Assembly: GCA_944384495.1 (NCBI GenBank)
Contig: CALWTP010000063.1
Location: forward strand, 1-41,212
Length of the DNA stretch: 41,212 bases
Direction of reading: 5' to 3'
DNA from: an uncultured Clostridia bacterium
GTDB taxonomy: Bacteria; Bacillota; Clostridia; Christensenellales; UBA1242
Shown: positions 26,046 to 35,481 of the stretch, piece by piece
Layout of the letters: the number at the start of each line of letters is the position of its first letter
Numbering within the stretch: the first letter of the stretch is position 1
Translations under genes and position numbers: made by a program
The notes under the pieces: generated by a model
What the model was told of the DNA's origin: nothing
What the model saw: the letters and a program-made list of their open reading frames with translations, nothing else
Databases searched by the model: none

Positions 26046-27485
26046 ATGGCAGACTATAAAATTATGCCACATAATATTGAAGCGGAGCAGGCAGTTCTTG
26101 GTTGCATCCTTATTGATGTCCAAGCTCAGGCAGATATACTTGGCATAATGAAAGAAGAAGATTTTTATACCCAAGCTCATAGAGATATTTATCTAAGCAT
26201 GCTCAAGATCTACCAAAAGTCAATACCGGTAGATTTTGTAACCATTTTGGATCAACTTGATAAAGACAAAATTTTGGATAAGGTGGGCGGAATTGATTAT
26301 ATCACGACACTTACAAATGTTGTTCCTTCTGCGGTAAATTTTAAATATTATTGTGATATTGTCAAAGCAGATTCCACCAGGCGTAAACTGATTGAGTCAG
26401 GGCAGAAAATCATTCAGGACGCATATGAGAATGAAGATAAGGATAAGAGTCTACAATTTGCAGAAAAAGAAATCTTTGATATCGCCGAGAAGCAAGAGAG
26501 AAGCGCGCTGGAACATGTTGGAGTGCCAAATGGCGCCATTAAACATGTCATTGATAAATTTGATGCGATTGCAAAAGATCCAACCTCACTTAAAGGTATA
26601 CCGACAGGATTTAAAGAGTTTGATAGGGTTACGAATGGGCTTCAGAACAGTGATTTAATATTGCTCGCCGCAAGGCCAGGTGTTGGAAAAACATCTTTTG
26701 CAATGAACATTATTGTTCATGCTGCCACAACACTAGGAAAGAAGTGTGCGGTGTTTTCGCTTGAGATGAGCAAAGAACAGCTTATTCAAAGAGCAATATG
26801 TTCACTTGCAAAAGTCAGTATGGCAAAAGCACTAAACGGAAGCATGGATGCGGAAGAGTGGAAGCGTATTTGGTCTGCAACCAAAAGGCTTGAGCAGAGC
26901 GGACTATATGTCGACGATTCTTCACTGACAACCCCGGCTGATATACTTACAAAGTGTCGCAGGCTTAAAGCCAAAGAAAACATTGATCTTATTATGATTG
27001 ACTATATTCAGCTTATGTCATCTGGAAGCAACAAAAAGGATATGAATCGTCAAAACGAGGTAAGTGATATATCAAGAAATTTAAAAATCACAGCAAAAGA
27101 GCTTAATGTTCCTATCATTGTTCTTTCACAGCTTTCAAGAAGTGTGGAGGCAAGATCAGAAAACGGACATAGGCCGATGCTTTCAGACCTAAGAGACTCA
27201 GGTGCGATAGAACAAGATGCGGATATAGTGCTATTTTTGTATAACCCTGAAAAATATAACGACGTCGCACAAGAAGACGAACCGGGCACTGTAGAGCTGA
27301 TAATAGCAAAGCACAGAAATGGAAGCACGGGCAAGGTTAAACTCCGATGGATCGGCGAATATACCACCTTTGTCAATCCTGATGAAAGGGTTGCAGTGCA
27401 AAAGATGGAACATATCAATTATAATGATATTGAAGAAATGCCACTTGAAAACAACGCAGATATAGATGTGTTTTCTGATGAATAA
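26046..27485 (+). CDS. dnaB: Replicative DNA helicase DnaB
   Basis: N-terminus PHNIEAEQAVLGCIL, Walker A AARPGVGKTSF, Walker B IMIDYIQLM, and the SQLSR motif. Confidence 0.95.
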   Translation: MADYKIMPHNIEAEQAVLGCILIDVQAQADILGIMKEEDFYTQAHRDIYLSMLKIYQKSIPVDFVTILDQLDKDKILDKVGGIDYITTLTNVVPSAVNFKYYCDIVKADSTRRKLIESGQKIIQDAYENEDKDKSLQFAEKEIFDIAEKQERSALEHVGVPNGAIKHVIDKFDAIAKDPTSLKGIPTGFKEFDRVTNGLQNSDLILLAARPGVGKTSFAMNIIVHAATTLGKKCAVFSLEMSKEQLIQRAICSLAKVSMAKALNGSMDAEEWKRIWSATKRLEQSGLYVDDSSLTTPADILTKCRRLKAKENIDLIMIDYIQLMSSGSNKKDMNRQNEVSDISRNLKITAKELNVPIIVLSQLSRSVEARSENGHRPMLSDLRDSGAIEQDADIVLFLYNPEKYNDVAQEDEPGTVELIIAKHRNGSTGKVKLRWIGEYTTFVNPDERVAVQKMEHINYNDIEEMPLENNADIDVFSDE

Positions 27486-27494
27486 GGAGGGAAA

Positions 27495-28466
27495 ATGGCC
27501 AAAAATAAAGATAATCAATCGAATGGAAATGGCAAAAGATGGGTGACTTTTATTGCAATACTGGTTTTAATTGCAATAATCGTTGTTTTGATTGTCATTT
27601 TTATACCGGCAAATACTTCGGATGCAAAGAGAATACTAAATGATGTATCTTCTTCATCTTATCTTAATGACGAGGACGAAAAATCGGCTTATCAAACTGT
27701 GGGAGAAAAACTGAGTAGTAGCACAAAAAGTTATTATATGACAGAGTATAACGACATCTTACTTCTTTCAGAAGGGATAAGTGATGTATTGCAATTTTAT
27801 GACGACTATCTGGTTTTTGCCAAAGATAACAAGGTTTTATCTTCCAACTACAAGACCATTCGAAACAATTTAAATCGAGTGAAGTCTTCCAAAGAGGATT
27901 TAAACGAATTGGTGGCGACCGTCAACAGCCTTGAAGAGGACAGCGATTCATATGTTAAAAATCTTTGGATTGATTTTAGAGGTGAGTATGTGAATTGGCT
28001 TGAGAGCAATGCGAAGGCCATCTCCGCTTTGAATAATTGCTATCAGGGATGTTTTGACAATACTCTCTCAAACAACTTAGCCTCTTCTACTATTTTAACA
28101 ACTGTTGATAATTATCTGACTTCAATCATAAACAAATTCAATGCCATTATCGACGTTGACAAGAAAAACACTTTGGATGATGTTTATTCATATTCGATTT
28201 CTGGGCAAATTCTTGGGTTCAGCAGATTTGTGAACTCCTATATTGTGGATACCACTGATATAGTTTGCTATAATTTTGAAACGACATATCAAGGGAAATA
28301 CAATTTGATAAATCAGTTCTGCGAAACCTTTGCAGAGAGTGATTTCATTGTGCTTATCGATTCTATGGATGCAGAGGGCAATATCACCAAAACATATGAA
28401 ACGACAGATATGCAGACCACAATTTTTGAGATAACAAAATCGTTTATAGAGGCAAAGGAGGGTTAA
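27495..28466 (+). CDS. Hypothetical membrane-anchored protein (323 aa, N-terminal TM helix, helical ectodomain)
   Basis: Signal-anchor WVTFIAILVLIAIIVVLIVIFI. GGAGGG Shine-Dalgarno site, 9 nt after the dnaB stop. No family recognised. Confidence 0.7.
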   Translation: MAKNKDNQSNGNGKRWVTFIAILVLIAIIVVLIVIFIPANTSDAKRILNDVSSSSYLNDEDEKSAYQTVGEKLSSSTKSYYMTEYNDILLLSEGISDVLQFYDDYLVFAKDNKVLSSNYKTIRNNLNRVKSSKEDLNELVATVNSLEEDSDSYVKNLWIDFRGEYVNWLESNAKAISALNNCYQGCFDNTLSNNLASSTILTTVDNYLTSIINKFNAIIDVDKKNTLDDVYSYSISGQILGFSRFVNSYIVDTTDIVCYNFETTYQGKYNLINQFCETFAESDFIVLIDSMDAEGNITKTYETTDMQTTIFEITKSFIEAKEG

Positions 28467-28467
28467 T

Positions 28468-29502
28468 ATGGCAAAAAGAAAATTTTTATTACCAATTCTT
28501 GCATTAATTTTAATTGTGGGGTCCATATCAATGGTTGCATGCTCGGATAAGACGACCAACACCGATGTATATAACTCTTATCTCCAAACGATTGAAAAAT
28601 TTACAGCAGACACTTCATTTTTGGTTGAAAATAATGCCAATGTATACGGCTCAAAATTCTATTTTGACAATTTCAATTATAAAACTCCAACTGGAGTAAA
28701 AATGGATGATGACGCAAACTATCAAACTTTAAATGCAATTGGACTAAATTTTATAGAAAAACACTATGACATGACAAATGAGATCAAAAAAGCTCGTAGT
28801 CTCAAAAATTCAATAGAGGATCTCAATGAAGCTTATGACCTTGTCAAGGTCGAGTACGATATGTTAATCATGATTGATTCTGATGCGACATACCAAATAT
28901 ACAATGGGTATAGCACAAGATATAAGTGGGGGGCACGTGATTTTATCAACCAGGTTTATGAATGTGCTTTTGATCTTGCTGATGTTATTATAGAAAGTGG
29001 ATATTTAGACGATATAGAGGAACTGGTAGCAGACTATTCTCAACAAGAGGAGCAGGTTGACTTAGAGTTATGGAATAGCAAACTTGAATTTTACATCGAC
29101 TATCAAAATCTTTTAGTCGCAAATGATTTTAGATTGCTTTTACTTGAAAGTGGTCAAGGGCAACAATTTGAAGGCAATAGTGATTATGTGAATATTTCTT
29201 TGCTTTTGCAGTCTTTTGCTCAGACAATTTCAACTGCTTCAAATCAACTTTTAGATGATGCCACGATGGCATACAGAAATATAAATAATATGCTTGCAAG
29301 TGAAAGACAGCTTATGCAGGAAGCTTTAGAGGATTTCAATCTGTACGAATTTATCGAAAATTATGGCGGATCGGTTGATGCATATGAAAAAGAGGAGAGG
29401 TATGCAAAGGCCTACTATAACGAGCTCTCAAAATATTTCAGTGCAGAAAACAACTTTATAAGCCAATATATCAGCTATATCCAAAGCAACATATATTCTT
29501 AA
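28468..29502 (+). CDS. Hypothetical lipoprotein (344 aa, helical)
   Basis: MAKRKFLLPILALILIVGSISMVAC gives a signal peptide plus lipobox. The ATG lies 1 nt after the upstream TAA, which suggests coupling. No family recognised. Confidence 0.7.
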   Translation: MAKRKFLLPILALILIVGSISMVACSDKTTNTDVYNSYLQTIEKFTADTSFLVENNANVYGSKFYFDNFNYKTPTGVKMDDDANYQTLNAIGLNFIEKHYDMTNEIKKARSLKNSIEDLNEAYDLVKVEYDMLIMIDSDATYQIYNGYSTRYKWGARDFINQVYECAFDLADVIIESGYLDDIEELVADYSQQEEQVDLELWNSKLEFYIDYQNLLVANDFRLLLLESGQGQQFEGNSDYVNISLLLQSFAQTISTASNQLLDDATMAYRNINNMLASERQLMQEALEDFNLYEFIENYGGSVDAYEKEERYAKAYYNELSKYFSAENNFISQYISYIQSNIYS

Positions 29503-29511
29503 GGAGCAGAA

Positions 29512-31149
29512 ATGGATTATAAAAAAATTGCAGACTTGTTATTTAAAGACATATCACTCACAACAGATGATATATTGCAAAGATATCCTAAACGCAAACT
29601 AAAGAGTGATCAGATAGTAACAAGGTTTGCGCCAAGCCCGACAGGCTATATGCATATTGGGAATTTTTTTCAGGCATTTATAAGTTATAATCTGGCAAAA
29701 AATTCTGACGGAATACTATATTTAAGAATAGAAGATACCGATCGAAAACGCGAAGTTCAAGAAGCCAAGGGTGTAATATATGAAATACTTGATCATTATG
29801 GCATAAAGTTTGACGAATATCAAACTTTGGACGGAAAAGATATTGGTGACTATGGACCATATGTTCAAAGTCAACGGAAGGATATTTATAAGGTATTTGC
29901 TAAAAAATTGGTCAGCGAAGGGAAAGCCTTCCCTTGTTTTTGCAAAAAAACAGAAGGGAAAGAAGATGTTTTAAAGCTGAGAGAGGATAAATTTATTGAG
30001 GATGATGAAAAAGAGTATGATCCTTGTCGCAATCTATCCTATAAAGAGGTAAAAAGTCATCTTGACAGAGGTGAAAGTTTTGCTATTAGACTTAAAACCA
30101 AAAATCAAGGGCATGAACGGATAAAGTTTACCGACCTTATAAAAGGCGAGCTTGAGGCCAAAGCAAACGCAAAAGATTTTGTGATCTTAAAGAGTGATGG
30201 GACTCCTCCATATGCCTTTGCGCATGCTGTCGATGATACCCTAATGGGGACAACAATTGTTGTAAGAGGAGAGGAATATATCTCATCGACTCCGGCACAT
30301 TTGGAGCTTTTTGAGGCACTGGGTTTTAATCCGATAGCCTATTGCCATAATCCACTGATATATAAACTGGGAGAGAATGGCAATAGACGCAAAATTTCAA
30401 AGAGATATGATCCTGAATCAAACATGCAATATTTCAGCGAAAATGGGTATCCAGTTGAGAGTGTACTTGAGTATTTGCTCAACATGATAAACTCCGGTTT
30501 TGAAATTTGGAGAAAAAATAACCCGTCTTTATCTTGGAAAGAGTTTAAGTTTAACGTTAATCAAATCACAACTGTAGCACCAATTTTTGATATTATGAAG
30601 CTCAACGACATTTCAAAAAATATTATTGCGCAACAAAACGGCGAAGAGCTTTACAAGAATTGGTTAAACTATGCACAAAAATACGATAAAGACCTGGCCT
30701 TAATATTAAGCGAAAACAGAGAAAAATATATCAAGCTATGCCAAATGGACCGAGAGGGCCTAGCAAAGCCACGAAAAGATATATACAATTACGGCATGAT
30801 GAAAAACTATTTTGATTATATTTTTGATGTTCCAAAAAACATAGAAATAGATGAAAATGACAAAGTTCTGGCAAATGATTTCATATCCAAATACCTTAAA
30901 ACTTTTCAAATGCCACGCAGTAATGAAGAGTGGTTTGCCGATGTGAAAAAACTTGCACAGCAGGAAGGTTATGCAACCGACAACAAACTTTATAAACAAA
31001 ATCCAATGGCCTATAAAGGGAACGTGGCAAAGGCCTGCGAATTTATAAGACTTGCATTAACTGGCAGGAAAAACTCACCGACGCTTTTTACAATTATGCA
31101 AATTTTAGGCGAACAAGAAGTAAAGAGCAGGCTTGAGCGGGGGTTTTAA
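29512..31149 (+). CDS. gltX: Glutamyl-tRNA synthetase (long form, 545 aa)
   Basis: Class I motifs: RFAPSPTGYMHIGN (HIGH-type), LRIEDTD, and KISKR (KMSKS-type). Confidence 0.9.
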   Translation: MDYKKIADLLFKDISLTTDDILQRYPKRKLKSDQIVTRFAPSPTGYMHIGNFFQAFISYNLAKNSDGILYLRIEDTDRKREVQEAKGVIYEILDHYGIKFDEYQTLDGKDIGDYGPYVQSQRKDIYKVFAKKLVSEGKAFPCFCKKTEGKEDVLKLREDKFIEDDEKEYDPCRNLSYKEVKSHLDRGESFAIRLKTKNQGHERIKFTDLIKGELEAKANAKDFVILKSDGTPPYAFAHAVDDTLMGTTIVVRGEEYISSTPAHLELFEALGFNPIAYCHNPLIYKLGENGNRRKISKRYDPESNMQYFSENGYPVESVLEYLLNMINSGFEIWRKNNPSLSWKEFKFNVNQITTVAPIFDIMKLNDISKNIIAQQNGEELYKNWLNYAQKYDKDLALILSENREKYIKLCQMDREGLAKPRKDIYNYGMMKNYFDYIFDVPKNIEIDENDKVLANDFISKYLKTFQMPRSNEEWFADVKKLAQQEGYATDNKLYKQNPMAYKGNVAKACEFIRLALTGRKNSPTLFTIMQILGEQEVKSRLERGF

Positions 31150-31219
31150 ACAATAAGTATTTGTTATATTTAGTTATTTTTATTGCCAAAATTTCAGATA
31201 TACTGACAATTTAAACTTT

Positions 31220-31242
31220 GTGTGCTTTAAGCACACTTTTTT
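31220..31242 (+). terminator. Rho-independent terminator of the typA-to-gltX operon
   Basis: GTGTGC-TTTAA-GCACAC followed by T6. The track ORF start at 31220 sits inside this hairpin. Confidence 0.7.
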
Positions 31243-31264
31243 GTTATATTTAATAAATATTCAT

Positions 31265-31444
31265 ATGGAAGAAAAACAGAAACTAGACTTAAGTGGCGAA
31301 GAGCTTGTTTCTCTCGCCGGAAGTTTGGCCATATGTTTGGCAAAAAAATATAGTAGAGATGATCTCAAAACTTTGCGTTTGTTTTTCCAGTCAATTGCCT
31401 CGAATATCACAATAATAGAAATTCAAAATATAAATAAATATTAA
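31265..31444 (+). CDS. Small hypothetical protein (59 aa)
   Basis: The ATG at 31265 lies after the terminator (MEEKQKLDLSGEELVSLAGSLAICLAKKYSRDDLKTLRLFFQSIASNITII..). No Shine-Dalgarno site, and its stop is only 2 nt from the convergent spmB stop. Coding status is uncertain. Confidence 0.4.
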   Translation: MEEKQKLDLSGEELVSLAGSLAICLAKKYSRDDLKTLRLFFQSIASNITIIEIQNINKY

Positions 31445-31446
31445 TC

Positions 31447-31953
31447 TTAGATGATTCTGCAAAGCAAACATGCAATAATAGCCCCAATCAGCGAACAAAT
31501 TAGGGCGACAGGCACCGCATACAAAAGCTTTTTGACTTTGGTTTGCGAAATATAGACAGTTGTGACATAAAAAATTGTTTCGCTACATCCCAAAATCACA
31601 GATGCACAGCGAGAAATATATGAATCAGCGCCATACTGCAAATATATATCATTGAGCAGGGCAAAACTGCCAGATCCAGTGAATGGTCGAAGAAGGACAA
31701 GCTCGATAAGCTCGCTGGGAATACCCAGAGCCAAAAAGATGGGCGAAAATGAGTCGGCAAGCAGGGCTGTTATACCACTTGCCCGCAAAAGTGCCACAGC
31801 AATCATAATGGAGGCAATATATGGAAAGATATCAACCACAAGAGGAATAGATTTTTTTGCCCCTTTGACAAAGGAATCATAACAGCCAACCTTTTTAATT
31901 TTAGCATAACAAAAAAGACCAATAAAGAGCAAGGGAAGAATATATGCACTCAT
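31447..31953 (-). CDS. spmB: Spore maturation protein B (nucleoside-recognition/Gate-domain membrane protein)
   Basis: A 168-aa polytopic membrane protein overlapping spmA by 4 nt. This is the typical spmA-spmB pair arrangement. Confidence 0.8.
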   Translation of the reverse strand: MSAYILPLLFIGLFCYAKIKKVGCYDSFVKGAKKSIPLVVDIFPYIASIMIAVALLRASGITALLADSFSPIFLALGIPSELIELVLLRPFTGSGSFALLNDIYLQYGADSYISRCASVILGCSETIFYVTTVYISQTKVKKLLYAVPVALICSLIGAIIACLLCRII

Positions 31954-32519
31954 TTTCCTCTCCTTTTAAACCATCTTTGACAAAATTTTACCAAAATTAT
32001 TCCCAGGCTACAGGTGCAAATGGTGGCCAAAAGGGTTGGTAAAATTATATCGGCTGGAGACTGTGATCCCGCAGCTGCTCTAAGGCCGATTACAGTTGTT
32101 GGGAGCAGTTGAAGTGAGGTGGCATTTAGGACAATCAGCATGATAATCGCCGGTGTTGCTTCACCACTTCCATCGTCAAGCCTTTTCATGGCATTTATTC
32201 CCATTGGAGTTGCTGCATTGCCAAGGCCGAGAATGTTTGCTGACATATTTAAAGCTATAAACTTTTCTGTTTCCACGTCATCAATTTTAAACAACTTTTT
32301 AATTACAGGTTTTAACAACTTTGCAAGTTTATCGCTAAGCCCGCTGACCTCAACTATTTCTAAAATGCCAAGCCAAACAGCATAGACGGCACAAAGCTCA
32401 AGGCTAAGAGCAAATGCATCCGAGGCTGCGCCAACCATTGTGTTTAAGATGTTTGAAGGGCTTGTCCATACCAGCAAAGATAGTGATGCCACGATCATAA
32501 TAAACCAAATTCTATTCAT
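31950..32519 (-). CDS. spmA: Spore maturation protein A (nucleoside-recognition/Gate-domain membrane protein)
   Basis: 189 aa. The MNRIWFIMIV... opening and GNAATPMGI(N)AM motif are typical of SpmA. Confidence 0.8.
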   Translation of the reverse strand: MNRIWFIMIVASLSLLVWTSPSNILNTMVGAASDAFALSLELCAVYAVWLGILEIVEVSGLSDKLAKLLKPVIKKLFKIDDVETEKFIALNMSANILGLGNAATPMGINAMKRLDDGSGEATPAIIMLIVLNATSLQLLPTTVIGLRAAAGSQSPADIILPTLLATICTCSLGIILVKFCQRWFKRRGK

Positions 32520-32642
32520 GTAATATATTATTCAGAAATTTAAGTAGATAGAAATAAAATAATATCTTTTATTTTAATAGTATTACAAAATTAAATTGAC
32601 AAAATGCTCAAATTATTTTAAACTTTTTCATAAGGAGTAATT

Positions 32643-33410
32643 ATGTTTGTAGACACGCATGCGCATCTTACAGATAAGGTTTTTCAAGGGCGAGAAGATG
32701 AGATTATCAAGCTGGCAAATGATATGGGCATAGAGGCAATCATAACTTCTAGCGTAGATTTAGAGAGCGCAGAAGATTGTATAAATTTATCCAAAAGATA
32801 TCAATGTGTATATTCCAGTGTGGGTCTTTATCCAGAGTTTGCAGAATCATGGAACGGGCAGGTAGGGAATGACCTTGCCACCCTTGCTATGGAGGATAAA
32901 GTTGTGGCAATTGGCGAAATTGGCTTGCAATACACTGATGGAATGCCAGATAGAGGGCAACAAGAAGTGGCTTTGGTTGAGCAACTCAAGCTTGCATACC
33001 AATTAAAAAAACCGGTAGTTTTGCATTGTCGAGAGGCCTACGGTGCAATTTTGGAGATATTGAAAAAGAATAAAGCGCTTCTCAAGTATGGTGCGACAAT
33101 GCACTGTTTCAGTGGAAGCAAAGAGATCGCCAAAGAACTTTTAAAACTGGATCTATATTTTTCTGTTGGAGGTGTCTCCACTTTTAAAAATGCGCTGGCT
33201 TTAAAAGAAACACTAAAATTTTTGCCACTTGAGAGGCTTTTATTTGAGACTGACAGTCCCTATCTTTCTCCACATCCTTACAGAGGACAGGTCAATATGC
33301 CGAGCATGATTGGAGTCATTGCTCAAAATTTGGCAAATATAAAAGACATTCCTGTCGAAGATGTTGCCAGGGAAGTGCGACAAAATACAAGGAGATTATT
33401 TGGAATATGA
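32643..33410 (+). CDS. tatD: TatD-family metal-dependent DNase/hydrolase
   Basis: N-terminal FVDTHAHL, plus the GEIGL, HCR/HCF and ETDSPYL motifs. Confidence 0.9.
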   Translation: MFVDTHAHLTDKVFQGREDEIIKLANDMGIEAIITSSVDLESAEDCINLSKRYQCVYSSVGLYPEFAESWNGQVGNDLATLAMEDKVVAIGEIGLQYTDGMPDRGQQEVALVEQLKLAYQLKKPVVLHCREAYGAILEILKKNKALLKYGATMHCFSGSKEIAKELLKLDLYFSVGGVSTFKNALALKETLKFLPLERLLFETDSPYLSPHPYRGQVNMPSMIGVIAQNLANIKDIPVEDVAREVRQNTRRLFGI

Positions 33411-34207
33411 CACACAACTTTAAGAAGAAATTTGGCCAAAATTTTATAAGCGACACAAATTTGCTCGAGGCCATGGTAAGAGATAGTGGCATTTGTAAAA
33501 GCGATAATGTGCTTGAAATAGGGGCAGGGCTTGGGAGCTTAACAAAGATTTTAGATGCAAGTGCAAAAAAAGTAGTAAGTTATGAGATCGATAGGGATTT
33601 AATTGAGCCATTGCAAGGATTAGGTTTGAAAAATACCAACTTTGTATTTAAGGACATTATGGATGAGCCACTGGAAAAAGTGGAGGAGCATTTTGATGGG
33701 CAATATAAACTCATCGCCAATCTTCCCTATTATATCACCACTCCAATTATTTTTAAATTTTTGAATCATTCAAAAAAAATTACAAGCCTTACGGTTATGG
33801 TCCAAAAGGAAGTTGCCAAGCGAATAATTGCAAAAAGCGGAGATGCTGATTATGGAATTTTATCCATTATGATATCACTTTCTGGAAAGGCCAAAATCAC
33901 TCGTTATGTAAATCGCGCAATGTTTACGCCGGTTCCAAATGTTGATTCGGCAATTGTTCATATTGACGTGGGTGACAAGTTTGACGATATTGATCGAGAG
34001 GAATTTTATCATTTCATTCAAGCTTGTTTTGCCATGAGACGCAAAAAACTAAAGAATAATCTTTTAAAGGCCTATCCACAATTTGCCGAGCATCTGCAGT
34101 CTATATTTGGTGATGATGTAAATGTGAGAAGTGAAAATTTGTCTTTAGAGAAATTTATTTATTATTTTAAAGAATTAAAAAAAATTAATAATGAAGATGC
34201 TTTTTAA
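33407..34207 (+). CDS. rsmA: 16S rRNA (adenine1518/1519-N6)-dimethyltransferase
   Basis: KKKFGQNF opening, SAM motif LEIGAGLGSLT, and NLPYYITTPI. It overlaps tatD by 4 nt. Confidence 0.92.
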   Translation: MTHNFKKKFGQNFISDTNLLEAMVRDSGICKSDNVLEIGAGLGSLTKILDASAKKVVSYEIDRDLIEPLQGLGLKNTNFVFKDIMDEPLEKVEEHFDGQYKLIANLPYYITTPIIFKFLNHSKKITSLTVMVQKEVAKRIIAKSGDADYGILSIMISLSGKAKITRYVNRAMFTPVPNVDSAIVHIDVGDKFDDIDREEFYHFIQACFAMRRKKLKNNLLKAYPQFAEHLQSIFGDDVNVRSENLSLEKFIYYFKELKKINNEDAF

Positions 34208-34241
34208 AAAATATAAAGACCTTCTTTTTTTAAAAATAAAA

Positions 34242-34276
34242 ACTCAAAATTTATATAAATTATTTTGAGTTTTTTT
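34242..34276. terminator. Bidirectional rho-independent terminator after rsmA
   Basis: Perfect 9-bp stem ACTCAAAAT / ATTTTGAGT with an 11-nt loop, an A-run upstream and T6 downstream. Confidence 0.8.
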
Positions 34277-34478
34277 GTTTTTTATATTATTTTAATTATT
34301 TATATCCCTTTAATTTCCAGAAGAATATCGTTTTCATATTTTAATATCATATACAAAATTATATTTAAAATTATTTATTTTTTATTTTTTAATAGACGTG
34401 TCTATTATAATTTTATTAATTTTTTCATTTATTTTATTTTGCATTTTTTTAAAAATCGATTTATTTTTATTGTATATT

Positions 34479-35213
34479 TTAATAATTTTTATCAAACAAA
34501 TTATATCTTTCGCTGTGGATGATGCTGGCAAATAATTTTTCTTTGCTAAGAGGATAACTCTTCTCAAGCAAGGCAAGCAGATCTTTTGCATTTTGTCTTT
34601 CTGTATGTTTATCAGCAGGGCAAGGGTTATGGAAAACAGGAAAGTCTTTGCTGACTTTGGCTATATCTTTTTCTTCACAAAAGATCAGCGGTCGTATAAC
34701 CGAAAGCTCCTGTCGAGTGAGATATGATTTTGGTTTAAAAGTTGACAGTCTGCCTTCAAAAAATAGTGATAAAATAAATGTCTCAATAAGGTCATCCCGG
34801 TGATGGCCTAAAGCCACCTTGTTGCATCCCAATTCCTTTGCTTTGCTGTTCAAGATTCCTCTTCGCAAATTTGCACAAAGGGAGCATGGATTTTTTTCTT
34901 TGCGGATATCAAAAACGATTTCAAATACGTTTGATGGCACGATATACAGCATAACATTTAACTCTTCGCAAAATTTTTGAATTTGAGAAAAATCGCTTTG
35001 ACCACCGCTAAGGTCCACACAAATTGCACATAGATCAAACTTCTTATCACTAAATGATTGGTATCTTTTAAGAGCCACAAGGAGTGCTAGACTATCTTTC
35101 CCTCCAGACAGGCCGACCGCAATCTTATCTCCATCTTCAATTAAATTATAGCTTTGGCAGGCTTTTCGAAGCATACCTAAAATCTTCTGCATAACTTCCT
35201 CCGTCAAAATCAA
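34479..35213 (-). CDS. ttcA: PP-loop ATP pyrophosphatase, TtcA-like tRNA thiolation enzyme
   Basis: PP-loop SGGKDS, plus CSLC and CP..K cysteine motifs. The 244-aa size fits the TtcA/TilS-like family. Confidence 0.75.
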   Translation of the reverse strand: MILTEEVMQKILGMLRKACQSYNLIEDGDKIAVGLSGGKDSLALLVALKRYQSFSDKKFDLCAICVDLSGGQSDFSQIQKFCEELNVMLYIVPSNVFEIVFDIRKEKNPCSLCANLRRGILNSKAKELGCNKVALGHHRDDLIETFILSLFFEGRLSTFKPKSYLTRQELSVIRPLIFCEEKDIAKVSKDFPVFHNPCPADKHTERQNAKDLLALLEKSYPLSKEKLFASIIHSERYNLFDKNY

Positions 35214-35366
35214 GTATAGCCTTTTTAAAAAATAAAATCAAGCCATCTTTTGGTTTAAAACAGCAAAATTATCCTCTTTAATCTGTCACAATTATAGTCA
35301 TTTACCCAGTTTCCCGCTCTCTTGCCAAAAATTAATTTATATATTTCTTATATAATACGTTTTTAT

Positions 35367-35396
35367 TTGACAATCTTCTGCCAAAAAAGTTATAAT
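35367..35396 (+). promoter_or_regulatory. Candidate sigma-A promoter for the second giant gene
   Basis: TTGACA (35367-35372), an 18-nt spacer, then TATAAT (35391-35396). AGGAGG Shine-Dalgarno site at 35472-35477. Confidence 0.5.
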
Positions 35397-35481
35397 TTTT
35401 ATGTAATAAAAATTTAAACACAATTTTTTACAAAGATGTTTAAAAAGATCTGATTTTACAGATATTAATCAAGGAGGCAAC

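Noticed and set aside
25737-26180. A 147-aa minus-strand ORF. The same applies to 22381-22692 (minus) and the minus or alternative-frame ORFs inside gatA, gatB, aspS, typA, dnaB and gltX.
   Set aside because: All overlap well-supported genes on the opposite strand or in another frame and have no start signals. The 22381-22692 ORF also runs through the giant-gene terminator.
34390-34407. An 8-2-8 inverted repeat TAATAGAC-GT-GTCTATTA that could be an operator or hairpin.
   Set aside because: It lies between two convergent gene ends, so there is nothing to regulate. No U-run follows on either strand. At this AT content, about one such 8-bp inverted repeat per fixed spacing is expected by chance in 41 kb.
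34265-34522. An 85-aa ORF made almost entirely of F, I, Y and N in the rsmA / ttcA-like convergent spacer.
   Set aside because: It is a translation artefact of very AT-rich non-coding DNA. It starts inside the rsmA terminator, has no Shine-Dalgarno site, and overlaps the 3' end of the ttcA-like gene.
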